DNA from: Syntrophomonadaceae bacterium | GTDB taxonomy: Bacteria; Bacillota; Dethiobacteria; SKNC01 | DNA length: 64,000 nt | Assembly (NCBI GenBank): GCA_003555415.1 | Contig: PWHX01000012.1 | Location: 13,053 to 77,052, forward strand | Direction of reading: 5' to 3' | Shown here: piece by piece, positions 1-10,046 of the stretch | Layout: every line of letters begins with the position of its first letter | How positions within the stretch are numbered: position 1 is the first letter of the stretch | Notes under the pieces: model-generated | Told to the model about the DNA's origin: nothing | The model's database searches: none | Seen by the model: the letters and a program-made list of their open reading frames with translations, nothing else | Position numbers and translations under genes: made by a program

Positions 1-2
1 TG

Positions 3-1022
3 TTATTAAGGGAGTTATCAGAAGCATTTGGTGTTTCCGGAGGAGAAGGGGAAGTAAGAAGGATAATCAGGCAGGCGGTTGAACCCCTGGTAGATGAAGT
101 AAGTACCGATGTTTTGGGCAACCTGATTGTCTTTAAAAAGGGATTCAAATCAGGGCCCAGGATTATGCTTACGGCTCATATGGATGAAGTAGGGTTGATA
201 GTAGCCGGATTTGAAAATAACGGACTTATCAGGTTTTCCAAGGTAGGAGGAATAGATGACCGTGTTCTTGTCTCAAAGGTTGTTCAGATAGGCGATAAAA
301 AAGTTCCTGGTGTTATTGGGGCTAAGGCTATACACTTACAAAGACCGGAAGAAAGAAAAAAGTCCTTAAAAGTTGAGGAGCTTTATATAGATATTGGAGC
401 TAAAAGTAAAGAGGAAGCAGAAAAACTGGTAAAACTAGGGGATTATATAGCATTTTACACCAAATATGAAGAAATAGAAGGCGGTTTGGCCAAAGGTAAA
501 GCTTTTGATAATAGAGTAGGCTGTGCCCTGGTAATTGAGGCCTTAAAGAAAGAATACCCTTATCCTTTATACGGTGTTTTCACCGTGCAGGAGGAAGTAG
601 GCATGAGGGGTGCAGGAGTAGCTGCTTATAAAATTAAGCCTGATCTGGCAATTGTTTTGGAAGGGACTACAGCAGCAGATGTTATAGAACTGAAAGAAGA
701 GGGTTATGTCACCACTTTAGGGAAAGGCCCGGCGTTTACTGTAATGGATGCTTCAGTTATAGCCGATTTAAAAATTGTAAACTTTCTTATCAAAATGGCA
801 GAAGAAAACCAGATGCCTTATCAGTTTCGCCGATTCACCGGAGGGGGAACTGATGCCGGAAGGATTTCTTTAACCAGGGAAGGGGTAAGGGCTGCAGTAG
901 TTTCTGTTCCCTGCAGGTATATACACAATCCAGCCAATATTTTAAACCTGGAAGATGTGAAAAATACATTAAAATTAATAGAATTGTTTCTGGTTGATCT
1001 ACCGGAAGGAGGATTATCTTAA
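3..1022 (+). CDS. M42 family metallopeptidase (TET/FrvX/YsdC-type aminopeptidase), 5' end cut by the window edge
   Basis: The frame is open from nt 3. The translation LLRELSEAFGVSGGEGEVRR... parallels the N-terminus of the next paralog. HMDEVG, FDNRVGC, QEEVGMRGA and GGTDAG motifs are present. Confidence 0.85.
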   Translation, partial: LLRELSEAFGVSGGEGEVRRIIRQAVEPLVDEVSTDVLGNLIVFKKGFKSGPRIMLTAHMDEVGLIVAGFENNGLIRFSKVGGIDDRVLVSKVVQIGDKKVPGVIGAKAIHLQRPEERKKSLKVEELYIDIGAKSKEEAEKLVKLGDYIAFYTKYEEIEGGLAKGKAFDNRVGCALVIEALKKEYPYPLYGVFTVQEEVGMRGAGVAAYKIKPDLAIVLEGTTAADVIELKEEGYVTTLGKGPAFTVMDASVIADLKIVNFLIKMAEENQMPYQFRRFTGGGTDAGRISLTREGVRAAVVSVPCRYIHNPANILNLEDVKNTLKLIELFLVDLPEGGLS

Positions 1023-2008
1023 TGAAAGAACTAATTAAAGAACTTACGGAAGCTTATGGACCCTCCGGTCGGGAGGACTCGGTGAGAGATACCCTTAAGT
1101 GTATGGTAGAACCTTATGCTGACGAAATAGATGTTGATAAAATGGGCAATTTAATCGTTAGGAAAGAAGGGCCGGGGAAAAAAATAATGGTGGCCGCCCA
1201 TATGGATGAGTTGGGATTAATGGTTACCTTTATAGACGAAAATGGATTTTTAAGGTTTTCTAATATAGGTGGGATATCTCCCTATATTCTTTTGGGGGAA
1301 AGGGTAGTCTTCCATAATGGCGTGAAAGGCACCATAGGTTGTGAAAAATTGGATAATATTAAGGATTTGAAGCTCTCTAAAATGTACATAGATATAGGAT
1401 TTTCAGATAAGAAAGAAGCAGAAGGAAAAGTAAAAATTGGTGATGTTGCTGTGTATCAGAGGTCTTTTTCTGATCTAGGAGGACGTATTCTGGCTAAAGC
1501 TTTGGACGATCGGGTTGGGTGCGCTGTTCTGGTTCAAACATTAAAGGAACTGGAAAAACCCGCAAACGATATATACTTTGTTTTTACTGTACAGGAGGAG
1601 GTTGGAGTCAGGGGGGCCCGAACTTCGGCCTATAAGATTAACCCAGACCTGGGGCTGGCTGTAGACGTAACCCGGACCGGGGATACTCCTGAATCAGAGA
1701 CAATGGCTGTTTCTTTAGGCAAAGGTCCTACAGTAAAAGTAAAAGATACTTTAATTATTACGCACCCTAAGGTCAAAAAATTAATGGTAGATACGGCAGA
1801 AAAGAATAATATTTCATACCAGCTGGAAGTTTTGGAGAGGGGAGGAACGGATTCCGGTGCTATTCATCTTACCCGAGAAGGCGTTCCTTCAGGAGTTATG
1901 TCCATACCCTGTCGATATATTCATACACCATCGGAAATGGTAGATTTTGGGGATGTGCAGGAGGGGGTAAAGCTTTTAAAAAATATTTTGCATAAAAAAG
2001 TAACTTAA
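1022..2008 (+). CDS. M42 family metallopeptidase (tandem paralog)
   Basis: 328-aa ORF whose ATG overlaps the upstream stop (TAATG). HMDELG, LDDRVGC, QEEVGVRGA and GGTDSG motifs are present. Confidence 0.9.
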   Translation: MKELIKELTEAYGPSGREDSVRDTLKCMVEPYADEIDVDKMGNLIVRKEGPGKKIMVAAHMDELGLMVTFIDENGFLRFSNIGGISPYILLGERVVFHNGVKGTIGCEKLDNIKDLKLSKMYIDIGFSDKKEAEGKVKIGDVAVYQRSFSDLGGRILAKALDDRVGCAVLVQTLKELEKPANDIYFVFTVQEEVGVRGARTSAYKINPDLGLAVDVTRTGDTPESETMAVSLGKGPTVKVKDTLIITHPKVKKLMVDTAEKNNISYQLEVLERGGTDSGAIHLTREGVPSGVMSIPCRYIHTPSEMVDFGDVQEGVKLLKNILHKKVT

Positions 2009-2031
2009 ACAATATTTTTTACACTTTTTTC

Positions 2032-2060
2032 TTGAATTTTCACTTAAAGCGACTTATAAT
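2032..2060 (+). promoter_or_regulatory. sigma-A type promoter for the pantothenate operon leader
   Basis: TTGAAT, 17-nt spacer, TATAAT. It lies about 170 nt upstream of the first pan-operon start codon. Confidence 0.6.
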
Positions 2061-2155
2061 TTAAGTAGCATATAAAAAGAATAATTTAGGTAGTAACTGC
2101 CTGGAGCCAAATTTTGGACCGGGACAGAAGGAGATTATTTTTTTGAGGTGTATCT

Positions 2156-2194
2156 ATGCCTTCTTGACTTGGTCAGGAAGGCATTTGTTATTTT
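2156..2194 (+). terminator. intrinsic terminator-like hairpin inside the pan operon 5' leader (candidate attenuator)
   Basis: 13-bp stem ATGCCTTCTTGAC/GTCAGGAAGGCAT (one G-U) with a 3-nt loop, followed by TTGTTATTTT. It lies between the promoter and the start codon. Confidence 0.6.
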
Positions 2195-2233
2195 ACAGGA
2201 AAAATTTGCTATTTTTAAAAAAGGATGGATCAA

Positions 2234-3112
2234 ATGAACAGTATAGCTATTGTTGGAGCTGGTAATGTAGGGATAACTATAGGAGCTTCTTTAAAAGAAA
2301 AGGGTTATAATGTTGCAGGAATAATCAGCCGTACCAGGGAATCTACAAGCAGAGGAGCGGAAATAATAGGAACAAAGGGTTACACAGAAATTTTTCCTCT
2401 TTTAAATCAAGCAAATATTATTTTTATTACGACTCCAGATCTGGTAATTGCACAAGTATGCAAAACAATAGCCGAATCCGGGGGTTTTAAAGAAGGAGAT
2501 TTGGTGATTCATACCAGCGGCTCCCACAGTTCTGAAATATTAAGTTCTGCAGGGGATAAAGGAGCCTATACTTTATCTGTTCACCCTCTCCAGACTATTC
2601 CTGGCCCTGAAGCAGGAATAAGAAATTTACCCGGGTCCTACTTTGCAGTTGAGGGAGATGAAAGGGGGCTGCCCTTTGCAAGGAAAATGATTGCAGATTT
2701 ACAGGGCCATCTGGTGGAAATACCAACAGAATTGAAGCCCCTATACCATGCATCAGCCTGCGTAGTATCCAACTATTTTGTAGCCATTGTCCGACTGGGA
2801 CTGGCCATGATGGAGGATATCGGGGTGGACAAAGATAAGGCTTTGGCAGCTTTACTGCCTCTTATTCAAGGAACAATGAAAAACATAGAAAAGGTAGGTG
2901 TTCCGGAAGGGCTTACCGGTCCTATCGCTAGGGGAGATTACTCTACTATAAGGGACCACCTTAAAGTCATGGAAAGAGAGATGCCGGAAATAGTGCCTGT
3001 TTATGGTGAATTGGGGAAATATACAGTTAAAGTAGCTTTAGAAAAGGGAACTATTAACCGGGAGCAATCCCAACAGCTAATAAAAGTTTTGGAGGTAAAT
3101 AAAAATGGCTAA
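2234..3112 (+). CDS. Rossmann-fold oxidoreductase of the DUF2520 (COG5495) family; candidate ketopantoate reductase by context
   Basis: N-terminal IAIVGAGNVG dinucleotide-binding motif. C-terminal YHASACVVSNYFVA and LTGPIARGD motifs are typical of DUF2520. The 3' end overlaps the panB start. The ORF track begins at 2225, but AAGGA is better spaced for the ATG at 2234. Confidence 0.7.
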   Translation: MNSIAIVGAGNVGITIGASLKEKGYNVAGIISRTRESTSRGAEIIGTKGYTEIFPLLNQANIIFITTPDLVIAQVCKTIAESGGFKEGDLVIHTSGSHSSEILSSAGDKGAYTLSVHPLQTIPGPEAGIRNLPGSYFAVEGDERGLPFARKMIADLQGHLVEIPTELKPLYHASACVVSNYFVAIVRLGLAMMEDIGVDKDKALAALLPLIQGTMKNIEKVGVPEGLTGPIARGDYSTIRDHLKVMEREMPEIVPVYGELGKYTVKVALEKGTINREQSQQLIKVLEVNKNG

Positions 3113-3941
3113 AAGAATTACTACTTTTGATTTAAGGCAAAAAAAACAGAAGGGCGAAAAGAGCACTATGCTTACTGCTTATGATTATTCCCAGGCAAAA
3201 ACAGTTGATGAAGCTGGAATAGACATGATTCTTGTTGGGGATTCCCTGGGTATGGTGGTGTTAGGTTACAAAGATACCCTGTCTGTAACCCTGGAGGAAA
3301 TGATCCATCATGGTAAAGCCGTAGTAAGAGGATCCCAAAGTTCTATGGTAGTTATGGATATGCCTTTTATGTCTTATCAGGTTAACCGGGATGAAGCTTT
3401 AAAGAACGCTGGACGTCTTATTCAAGAAACAGGAGCTCAGGCAGTTAAGTTGGAAGGCGGAACGGAAATAATAGAAGCGGTTAAAGGTATTGTAGATGCT
3501 GGTATTCCGGTTATGGGACACCTGGGTTTAACACCTCAATCTGTGGGTCAGCTGGGGGGATATAAAGTCCAGGGTAAGGATAAAGAGGTAGCAAAGAAAA
3601 TGGTTAAGGATGTCAAAGCATTAGAAGAAGCAGGGGCATTTGCTGTAGTTTTGGAGTGTGTTCCCTGGCAGTTAGCCGGTTTTATAGCTTCTACAGTTTC
3701 CATCCCTGTTATAGGAATTGGAGCAGGCAAGGAGTGTGACGGTCAGGTTCTGGTATTCCACGACGTAATGGGCTTATTTGATGAATTCAGGCCGAAATTT
3801 GTTAAACAGTATCTAAACTTGAGAGAGAACATGATAGAGGGTATTAAAGATTATGTAAAAGAAGTTAAAGAAGGTCAGTTTCCCGGTAAGGAGCATATCT
3901 TCGACCTGGGGGAAGAAGATATAAAGCAATTACTGGAATAA
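3105..3941 (+). CDS. panB: 3-methyl-2-oxobutanoate hydroxymethyltransferase
   Basis: 278-aa ORF with LTAYDY, LVGDSLGMVVLG, KLEGG and HLGLTPQS motifs. GGAGGT sits 8 nt upstream of the ATG. Confidence 0.95.
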   Translation: MAKRITTFDLRQKKQKGEKSTMLTAYDYSQAKTVDEAGIDMILVGDSLGMVVLGYKDTLSVTLEEMIHHGKAVVRGSQSSMVVMDMPFMSYQVNRDEALKNAGRLIQETGAQAVKLEGGTEIIEAVKGIVDAGIPVMGHLGLTPQSVGQLGGYKVQGKDKEVAKKMVKDVKALEEAGAFAVVLECVPWQLAGFIASTVSIPVIGIGAGKECDGQVLVFHDVMGLFDEFRPKFVKQYLNLRENMIEGIKDYVKEVKEGQFPGKEHIFDLGEEDIKQLLE

Positions 3942-3953
3942 GGGGAGATATTA

Positions 3954-4799
3954 GTGCAGGTCATCAGGTCTATTACGGAGCTTAAAGAGAAAATCAGACA
4001 GGTGAAGCAATGGGGTCAAACTATAGGGCTTGTTCCTACTATGGGTTATCTTCATGAGGGGCATCTTTCCCTGGTTAAAGGTGCAAGGGATGACTGTGAC
4101 TTTGTTGTGGTGAGTATATATGTGAATCCAATTCAGTTTGGTGTGGGGGAAGACTTTGAAGAATATCCCAGGGATTTAACCAGGGATGCCCGCTTATGTG
4201 AAGAAGAAAACGTCGATATTATTTTTTCTCCTTCAGATAGCGACATGTACCCTAAAGGATATGCTACTTTTGTAGATGTTGAAATATTAACGGAGGGTCT
4301 TTGCGGTAGAAATCGGCCGGGACATTTCCGGGGAGTTACTACAGTGGTAACAAAATTATTCAACCTGGTAGAGCCGGACAAAGCATATTTTGGGCAGAAG
4401 GATGCCCAGCAGGCGCTGGTACTTAGGAAAATGTCGGAAGATCTCAATATGAATCTTGAACTGGTAATTATGCCTACTGTAAGGGAGCCTGATGGATTAG
4501 CCATGAGTACCAGGAATCATTATCTTTCTGAAAAGGAAAGGGAGGCTGGGCTGGCCTTATATAGAAGCTTAACCAGGGCGGAAGAACTTATAGAACAGGG
4601 ATTACGAAAAAGCCAAGAAGTAATTTCAGCCGTGGAACAGCTTATTAATCAGGAACCCCTGGTAGAAATAGAATATGTAGAAATAGTAGATACAAAAGAA
4701 ATGGAGAGGTTAGAAGAGTTAAGGGGAGAAATATTGATTGCCCTGGCTGTTAAAATAGGGAAAACTCGTCTTATAGATAATGTTATAGTGGAGGTGTAA
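3954..4799 (+). CDS. panC: pantoate--beta-alanine ligase
   Basis: 281-aa ORF with [13 protein letters not shown] and FGQKDAQQ motifs. GTG start preceded by GGGGAG. Confidence 0.95.
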   Translation: MQVIRSITELKEKIRQVKQWGQTIGLVPTMGYLHEGHLSLVKGARDDCDFVVVSIYVNPIQFGVGEDFEEYPRDLTRDARLCEEENVDIIFSPSDSDMYPKGYATFVDVEILTEGLCGRNRPGHFRGVTTVVTKLFNLVEPDKAYFGQKDAQQALVLRKMSEDLNMNLELVIMPTVREPDGLAMSTRNHYLSEKEREAGLALYRSLTRAEELIEQGLRKSQEVISAVEQLINQEPLVEIEYVEIVDTKEMERLEELRGEILIALAVKIGKTRLIDNVIVEV

Positions 4800-4801
4800 T
4801 G

Positions 4802-5170
4802 ATGTTTCGTCACATGTTTAAGTCAAAAATTCACCGTGCTACAGTTACCGATGCAGATTTAAATTATAACGGCAGTATTACTATAGATAAAAAATTACTA
4901 GAAGAGGCTGATATACTGCCTTATGAACAGGTTCATGTAGTTAATATTAATAATGGCGCCAGGTTTGAAACTTATGTTATAGAAGGGGAAGCCGGTTCCG
5001 GTGACATTTGCCTAAATGGTGCTGCGGCCCGTCTGGCTCATCCCGGGGACCTGGTTATAATTATTACTTATTCCTTGGTAGGAGAAGAACAATTAAAAGG
5101 TTTTGAAGTAAAAACTATATTGGTCAATGAGAAAAATCAAATTGTTAAGGTAAACAAAGAAAAAGTATAG
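4802..5170 (+). CDS. panD: aspartate 1-decarboxylase
   Basis: [16 protein letters not shown]...NYNGSITID contains the pyruvoyl-forming Gly-Ser site. The ORF track starts at 4799; the ATG at 4802 has better spacing from GGAGGTG. Confidence 0.93.
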   Translation: MFRHMFKSKIHRATVTDADLNYNGSITIDKKLLEEADILPYEQVHVVNINNGARFETYVIEGEAGSGDICLNGAAARLAHPGDLVIIITYSLVGEEQLKGFEVKTILVNEKNQIVKVNKEKV

Positions 5171-5288
5171 TTATTGTGGCATTGCTTTTATCTTTTTTTT
5201 TAACTGGCTTTAGGGTCAGTTTTTTTATGAGAAATATCCAGAACTTTTGTTATAATTTAAAAAAAAATATTTTTATGCTATACTTGTA

Positions 5289-6596
5289 ATGGTTTATTTA
5301 TTGACACGAGAGAAATATTTTGCACAAGGGGTGTTGGCTTTGGTAGAAGAAATAAATAATTGTTCTCTGGAAGAAAGACGTGAATTGGCTTTGGAAAGGG
5401 CCAGGGAGTTGAAGAGTTATATTAATGACTATATGGAAGCTCAGGGTAAAATTGAAGCCGGCTTAAACCTGGAAGATACTTTTAAAGAAAATAAGAAAAG
5501 AATAAAATATATATTGAATGCTACAGAGGAAGACTGGCAGAGTTGGCAGTGGCAGATTGAAAACAGGATATATAATGTAGAAACCCTGGCAAAAATAATA
5601 AATATAAGTGAAGAAGCAAAAAATGCTATTAAAATGATAGAAGGCAGGTATCGATGGGCTGTTTCCCCTTACTATCTAAGCTTAGCAGATAATGATAACC
5701 CTGGATGTCCTATACGTAAACAATCGATACCGTCACTTTTAGAATATACAAATAACTTGGGACAGGATGATCCTATGGCGGAAGAATTTACGTCTCCTGC
5801 TCCGGCTATTACCAGGAGATATCCGGATCGTCTTATCATAAACGTTACTAACCAGTGTGCCATGTACTGCAGGCACTGCCAGAGAAGAAGAAATATTGGC
5901 GAATTAGACACTCCAGCCCCAAGGGAAAAAATTGAAGAAGCATTAAAATATATTAGAGAAAATGAAGAATTGAGAGACATTCTGCTAACCGGTGGAGATG
6001 CTTTTATGCTTTCTAATGAAGAAATAGACTGGCTGTTAACCCAGCTTGACGAGATACCTCATGTTGAAATCAAACGTTTGGGAACCCGAACACCTGTGAC
6101 GCTGCCCATGAGGGTAGATGATGAGCTCTGCACCATACTGGAAAAGCATGCTCCTGTTTACGTAAACGTTCACTTTAATCACCCTAAAGAAGTGACTGAG
6201 GCCTCCCGTAAGGCATGTTTTAAGCTAGCTAAAGCTGGGGTGCCCCTGGGAAATCAGGCAGTTCTCTTGAGAGATATTAATAATGATTCACATGTAATGA
6301 AAAAATTAAATCATGAATTGCTTAAAATCCTGGTCAAGCCTTATTATATTTTCCATGCCAAGGGCGTTAGGGGAACAGCTCACTTCAGGACCCCTGTAGA
6401 GGATGGTATAAAAATAATGAATAGCTTAAGAGGGCATACTTCAGGCTTAGCGATACCGACCTTTATAGTAAATGCACCCGAGGGATTTGGGAAAATTCCT
6501 ATGCTTTCCGAATATATTATATCCTTGTCTTCCGACAAGATAACTATTCGTAACTGGGAGAATAAAGACTTCGAATATTTCAACCCACATGATTAA
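5289..6596 (+). CDS. KamA-family radical SAM/PLP aminomutase with a glutamate 2,3-aminomutase-type substrate signature
   Basis: CAMYCRHC radical-SAM cluster motif and a PLP-lysine in EGFGK. The positions aligned to LAM Asp293 and Asp330 read Lys (YYIFHAKG) and Asn (FIVNAP). There is a long N-terminal extension. The start is uncertain (no SD at 5289; in-frame TTG at 5340 after AAGGGG). Confidence 0.75.
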   Translation: MVYLLTREKYFAQGVLALVEEINNCSLEERRELALERARELKSYINDYMEAQGKIEAGLNLEDTFKENKKRIKYILNATEEDWQSWQWQIENRIYNVETLAKIINISEEAKNAIKMIEGRYRWAVSPYYLSLADNDNPGCPIRKQSIPSLLEYTNNLGQDDPMAEEFTSPAPAITRRYPDRLIINVTNQCAMYCRHCQRRRNIGELDTPAPREKIEEALKYIRENEELRDILLTGGDAFMLSNEEIDWLLTQLDEIPHVEIKRLGTRTPVTLPMRVDDELCTILEKHAPVYVNVHFNHPKEVTEASRKACFKLAKAGVPLGNQAVLLRDINNDSHVMKKLNHELLKILVKPYYIFHAKGVRGTAHFRTPVEDGIKIMNSLRGHTSGLAIPTFIVNAPEGFGKIPMLSEYIISLSSDKITIRNWENKDFEYFNPHD

Positions 6597-6625
6597 AAAA
6601 TAATTTTATAATTTCTTTACCATTA

Positions 6626-6680
6626 ATATTTGGGTAGACGCTTTCATAAAAATGATGTCTACCCAAATATTTTTTTCTTT
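6626..6680 (+). terminator. intrinsic terminator after the aminomutase gene
   Basis: 14-bp perfect stem ATATTTGGGTAGAC/GTCTACCCAAATAT followed by TTTTTTT. Confidence 0.85.
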
Positions 6681-6776
6681 TCATGTAATGAGGAATATTT
6701 TGCAAATTAAGAAGGAATAATTTACAAACTGTCGAATGTAAAGCAGGAAACATTCTTAATTTATGAGGTGTTATAA

Positions 6777-7859
6777 TTGACTTATAAAAAATACTGGGTA
6801 GGGTTAAGTTCAATATCCTGTCTTGGGCCAAAAAGAATATTAAATATAATAAATCATTTTGGTACAGCGCAAAAAGCCTGGCATGCATCCCGGGAGCAGT
6901 TTGTCGAAGTTGAAGGAATAAGCCAAAAGATCGCTTCTCAAATTGAAAAAGAAAGAAAAAACATAGATTTATCCATCAAGTTAAAACAGCTACAGGATAA
7001 CGATATAAAAGTTATAACTTATGAAGATGAAAATTACCCCCAGGCTTTAAAGTATATACATTATCCCCCGGCTTTATTATATGTAAAGGGGGAATTTAAT
7101 TTCCAGGATCAAAAGGTTGTAGGTATAGTTGGAACCAGGAAATATACATCTTATGGGAAAAGAGTAGCGACTAAAATAGCAGGGTCTTTAACCCGTTTTG
7201 GTTTTACTATAGTAAGTGGTCTGGCCCGGGGCATTGATACTTTTGCTCATCGTTCAACCCTGGATTCAGGAGGCAGGACAGTTGCTGTATTAGGATGTGG
7301 AATTGATGTGATTTATCCCCGTCAAAACATTAATTTGGCCAGAGAAATTGTCAAGGAGGGAGCATTGATTTCGGAATTTCCGCCGGGGACTCCACCGGCT
7401 GCTGGAAATTTTCCCAGGAGAAACCGCATTATCAGTGGATTGGCGTATGGCCTGGTAGTAGTAGAAGCTGCAGAAAAGAGTGGAGCTCTAATTACTGCAG
7501 ATTATGCCTTAGAACAGGGAAAAGATGTTTTTGCTGTGCCGGGTAATATAGATAGTCCCTATAGCAGAGGATGTAATAAACTGATAAAAGAGGGAGCAGT
7601 TATGGTAGGAAACCCTCTAGACATTGTTCAAGAAATGGGTTATGATTTCACAGACGAATCAGGATTGCAGTACAATTTTGCAGATTATACCGATGAGGAG
7701 AAAAGATTATTGGCTGTTCTTGATCCACAGCCGATGCATATAGATGAGATTCTAAAGAGAAACAAGCTTTCTTCTCAAAAACTAAATTCCCTACTAACAA
7801 GTTTAGAGTTAAAGGGAGCGGTCAGGCAGTTAATAGGAAAATATTTTCAAAAAGCTTAA
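6777..7859 (+). CDS. dprA: DNA-processing protein A (Smf)
   Basis: 360-aa ORF with GIVGTRKYTSYG, SGLARGID and GNFPRRNRIISGL motifs. TTG start. Confidence 0.9.
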   Translation: MTYKKYWVGLSSISCLGPKRILNIINHFGTAQKAWHASREQFVEVEGISQKIASQIEKERKNIDLSIKLKQLQDNDIKVITYEDENYPQALKYIHYPPALLYVKGEFNFQDQKVVGIVGTRKYTSYGKRVATKIAGSLTRFGFTIVSGLARGIDTFAHRSTLDSGGRTVAVLGCGIDVIYPRQNINLAREIVKEGALISEFPPGTPPAAGNFPRRNRIISGLAYGLVVVEAAEKSGALITADYALEQGKDVFAVPGNIDSPYSRGCNKLIKEGAVMVGNPLDIVQEMGYDFTDESGLQYNFADYTDEEKRLLAVLDPQPMHIDEILKRNKLSSQKLNSLLTSLELKGAVRQLIGKYFQKA

Positions 7860-7935
7860 AAAAATGTATTAACTATATGCAAAAAGTATAGTATATATAT
7901 AATTTATCAGGTTTAAACTTATCGGAGGTGCATAA

Positions 7936-10029
7936 ATGTATCTAGTCATAGTTGAATCACCTGCCAAAGCGCGAACTATAAAAAAATTCTTAGGAAAAAA
8001 TTATAAAGTTGAAGCTTCCATGGGCCACGTAATAGATTTGCCCAAAAGCCAAATTGGGATTGATACTGAAAAAAAATATAAACCAAAGTATATTACTATT
8101 AGGGGAAAGGGAGAAATTTTAAAAAAACTAAAAACGGCCAGGAAAAAAGCTAAGAAGGTCTTCTTCGCAGCAGACCCTGACAGGGAAGGAGAGGCTATTA
8201 GCTGGCATTTAATGAAAGCTTTGGAGGTAAACGAAGATGAACCCTGCCGGGTAGAGTTCCATGAAATTACCAAAAATACAGTTAAAGATGCTTTTAAAAA
8301 GCCAAGAAAGATTGATAAAAACCGGGTAGAAGCCCAGCAGGCCAGACGCATATTGGACCGTTTAGTAGGTTATAAAATTAGTCCTTTGTTATGGAAAAAG
8401 GTAAAGAAAGGACTTAGCGCCGGCAGAGTACAGTCGGTGGCTATACGTTTGATTTGTGATCGGGAAGAAGAAATTAGGTCTTTTGTTCCTGAAGAGTACT
8501 GGTCCTTAACAGCCCAGCTAACCCCTGGGGGAAAGGCGGATTCCTTTTTGGCCCAGTTCAGGGGAATGGATAAAAGCAAAATAAAACTCACTGATGAAAA
8601 CATGGTAAATGACATCATAGGAGAATTAACCCAGGCAAAGTATGTAATAAACAGTATTAAAAAGAGGGAACGGAAAAGAAACCCGGCACCTCCTTTTACA
8701 ACCAGCAGCTTGCAGCAGGATTCTTCCAGCAGGTTAGGGTTTACTGTTCGCAAAACAATGTCTATAGCTCAGCAGCTTTACGAAGGTATAAACATAAAAA
8801 AAGAAGGTACTGTTGGTCTTATAACTTATATAAGAACTGATTCTACTAAAATATCCGACACAGCCCGGGAAGAGGCGAAGAATTATATATTAAAAAAATA
8901 CGGTGAAGATTATTACCCTGCCAAGCCCAGAGTGTACAAAGTTAAAAAAGGGGCCCAGGAAGCTCATGAAGCCATTCGTCCTACTTCAACTTTCAGAAAT
9001 CCAGATGATATAAAAGGACATCTTACCAAAGACCAGTATCGCTTATATAAATTGATCTGGGAAAGGTTTCTCGCCAGCCAGATGAGTCATGCTGTATTTA
9101 ACATGGTTACGGTAGATATAAAAGCTTACAATTATTTATTTAGAACTACAGGTTCCACTGTCAAGTTTCCTGGATTTTTAGTTATTTATGATAATTTAGG
9201 TATAGATGAAAGGGAAGAAGACAGGGTTTTACCGGAATTAGAAGAAGGCCAGGAACTAAATTTAATTAAACTGAAACCCCAACAGCATTTTACGCAACCT
9301 CCTCCCCGGTACACCGAAGCTTCCCTGGTTAAGACCCTTGAAGAGAAAGGCGTTGGGCGTCCATCCACTTATGCCCCTACAATAGATACTATACAGGCCC
9401 GGGGATATGTCTTAAAAGAAAAGAAAAATCTTGTTCCTACGGAACTGGGACAAATAGTCGTAGATCTAATGAAGGAATTTTTTCCTGATATCATAAATGT
9501 AGAATTCACAGCCTCTCTGGAGGATAAATTGGATTTAGTTGAAGAAGGAAATGTCCGTTGGATTGAAGTGATAGACAATTTCTACATTCCTTTTCAAAAA
9601 ACCATACAATACGCAGAAAAGGAAATGGAGGAAATAGAAATACAGGACGAGGTAAGTGATGAGGTGTGTGAAAAATGTGGCAGACAAATGGTGTATAAGC
9701 ACGGACGATATGGTAAATTTTTAGCCTGCCCTGGTTTTCCTGAATGCAGAAATACAAAGCCAATTTTAAAGGAAACAGGGGTAAAATGTCCGGTTTGCGG
9801 CGGAGAAGTAGTAGAAAAGAAAACGAAAAAAGGCAGGACGTTTTTCGGCTGCAGCAGTTATCCGGATTGTGAGTTTGTATCCTGGCAACGACCCGTTAAT
9901 GAAAAGTGCCCATATTGTGATTCAGTACTGGTAGAAAAGAGGAGCAAACAAAAACTTACACTGAGATGCCTGAACAAGGAATGTGACTTTCAAAGGGATG
10001 AAAAAAAAAATAAACAAGAAAGTAAATAA
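7936..10029 (+). CDS. topA: DNA topoisomerase I
   Basis: 697-aa ORF with the TOPRIM N-terminus [21 protein letters not shown] around the catalytic Tyr, and three C-terminal CxxC zinc ribbons. Confidence 0.97.
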   Translation: MYLVIVESPAKARTIKKFLGKNYKVEASMGHVIDLPKSQIGIDTEKKYKPKYITIRGKGEILKKLKTARKKAKKVFFAADPDREGEAISWHLMKALEVNEDEPCRVEFHEITKNTVKDAFKKPRKIDKNRVEAQQARRILDRLVGYKISPLLWKKVKKGLSAGRVQSVAIRLICDREEEIRSFVPEEYWSLTAQLTPGGKADSFLAQFRGMDKSKIKLTDENMVNDIIGELTQAKYVINSIKKRERKRNPAPPFTTSSLQQDSSSRLGFTVRKTMSIAQQLYEGINIKKEGTVGLITYIRTDSTKISDTAREEAKNYILKKYGEDYYPAKPRVYKVKKGAQEAHEAIRPTSTFRNPDDIKGHLTKDQYRLYKLIWERFLASQMSHAVFNMVTVDIKAYNYLFRTTGSTVKFPGFLVIYDNLGIDEREEDRVLPELEEGQELNLIKLKPQQHFTQPPPRYTEASLVKTLEEKGVGRPSTYAPTIDTIQARGYVLKEKKNLVPTELGQIVVDLMKEFFPDIINVEFTASLEDKLDLVEEGNVRWIEVIDNFYIPFQKTIQYAEKEMEEIEIQDEVSDEVCEKCGRQMVYKHGRYGKFLACPGFPECRNTKPILKETGVKCPVCGGEVVEKKTKKGRTFFGCSSYPDCEFVSWQRPVNEKCPYCDSVLVEKRSKQKLTLRCLNKECDFQRDEKKNKQESK

Positions 10030-10046
10030 CGGGAGGAACTAAATAT

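Noticed and set aside
2144-2272. Possible TTG-initiated leader peptide in the pan leader, reading through the terminator hairpin.
   Set aside because: It has a weak start codon and no run of regulatory codons, and it reads out of frame into the DUF2520 gene. An RNA-structure explanation is simpler.
5171-5288. Possible terminator (AACTGGC...GTCAGTTTTTTT) after panD.
   Set aside because: Only about 5-6 bp can pair and there is a mismatch, which is too weak to call. The T-runs may still contribute to termination.
6580-6888. 102-aa minus-strand ORF spanning the aminomutase-dprA intergenic region.
   Set aside because: It runs through a strong + strand terminator hairpin and into the dprA coding start. 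It resembles no known protein and is more simply explained as a chance ORF.
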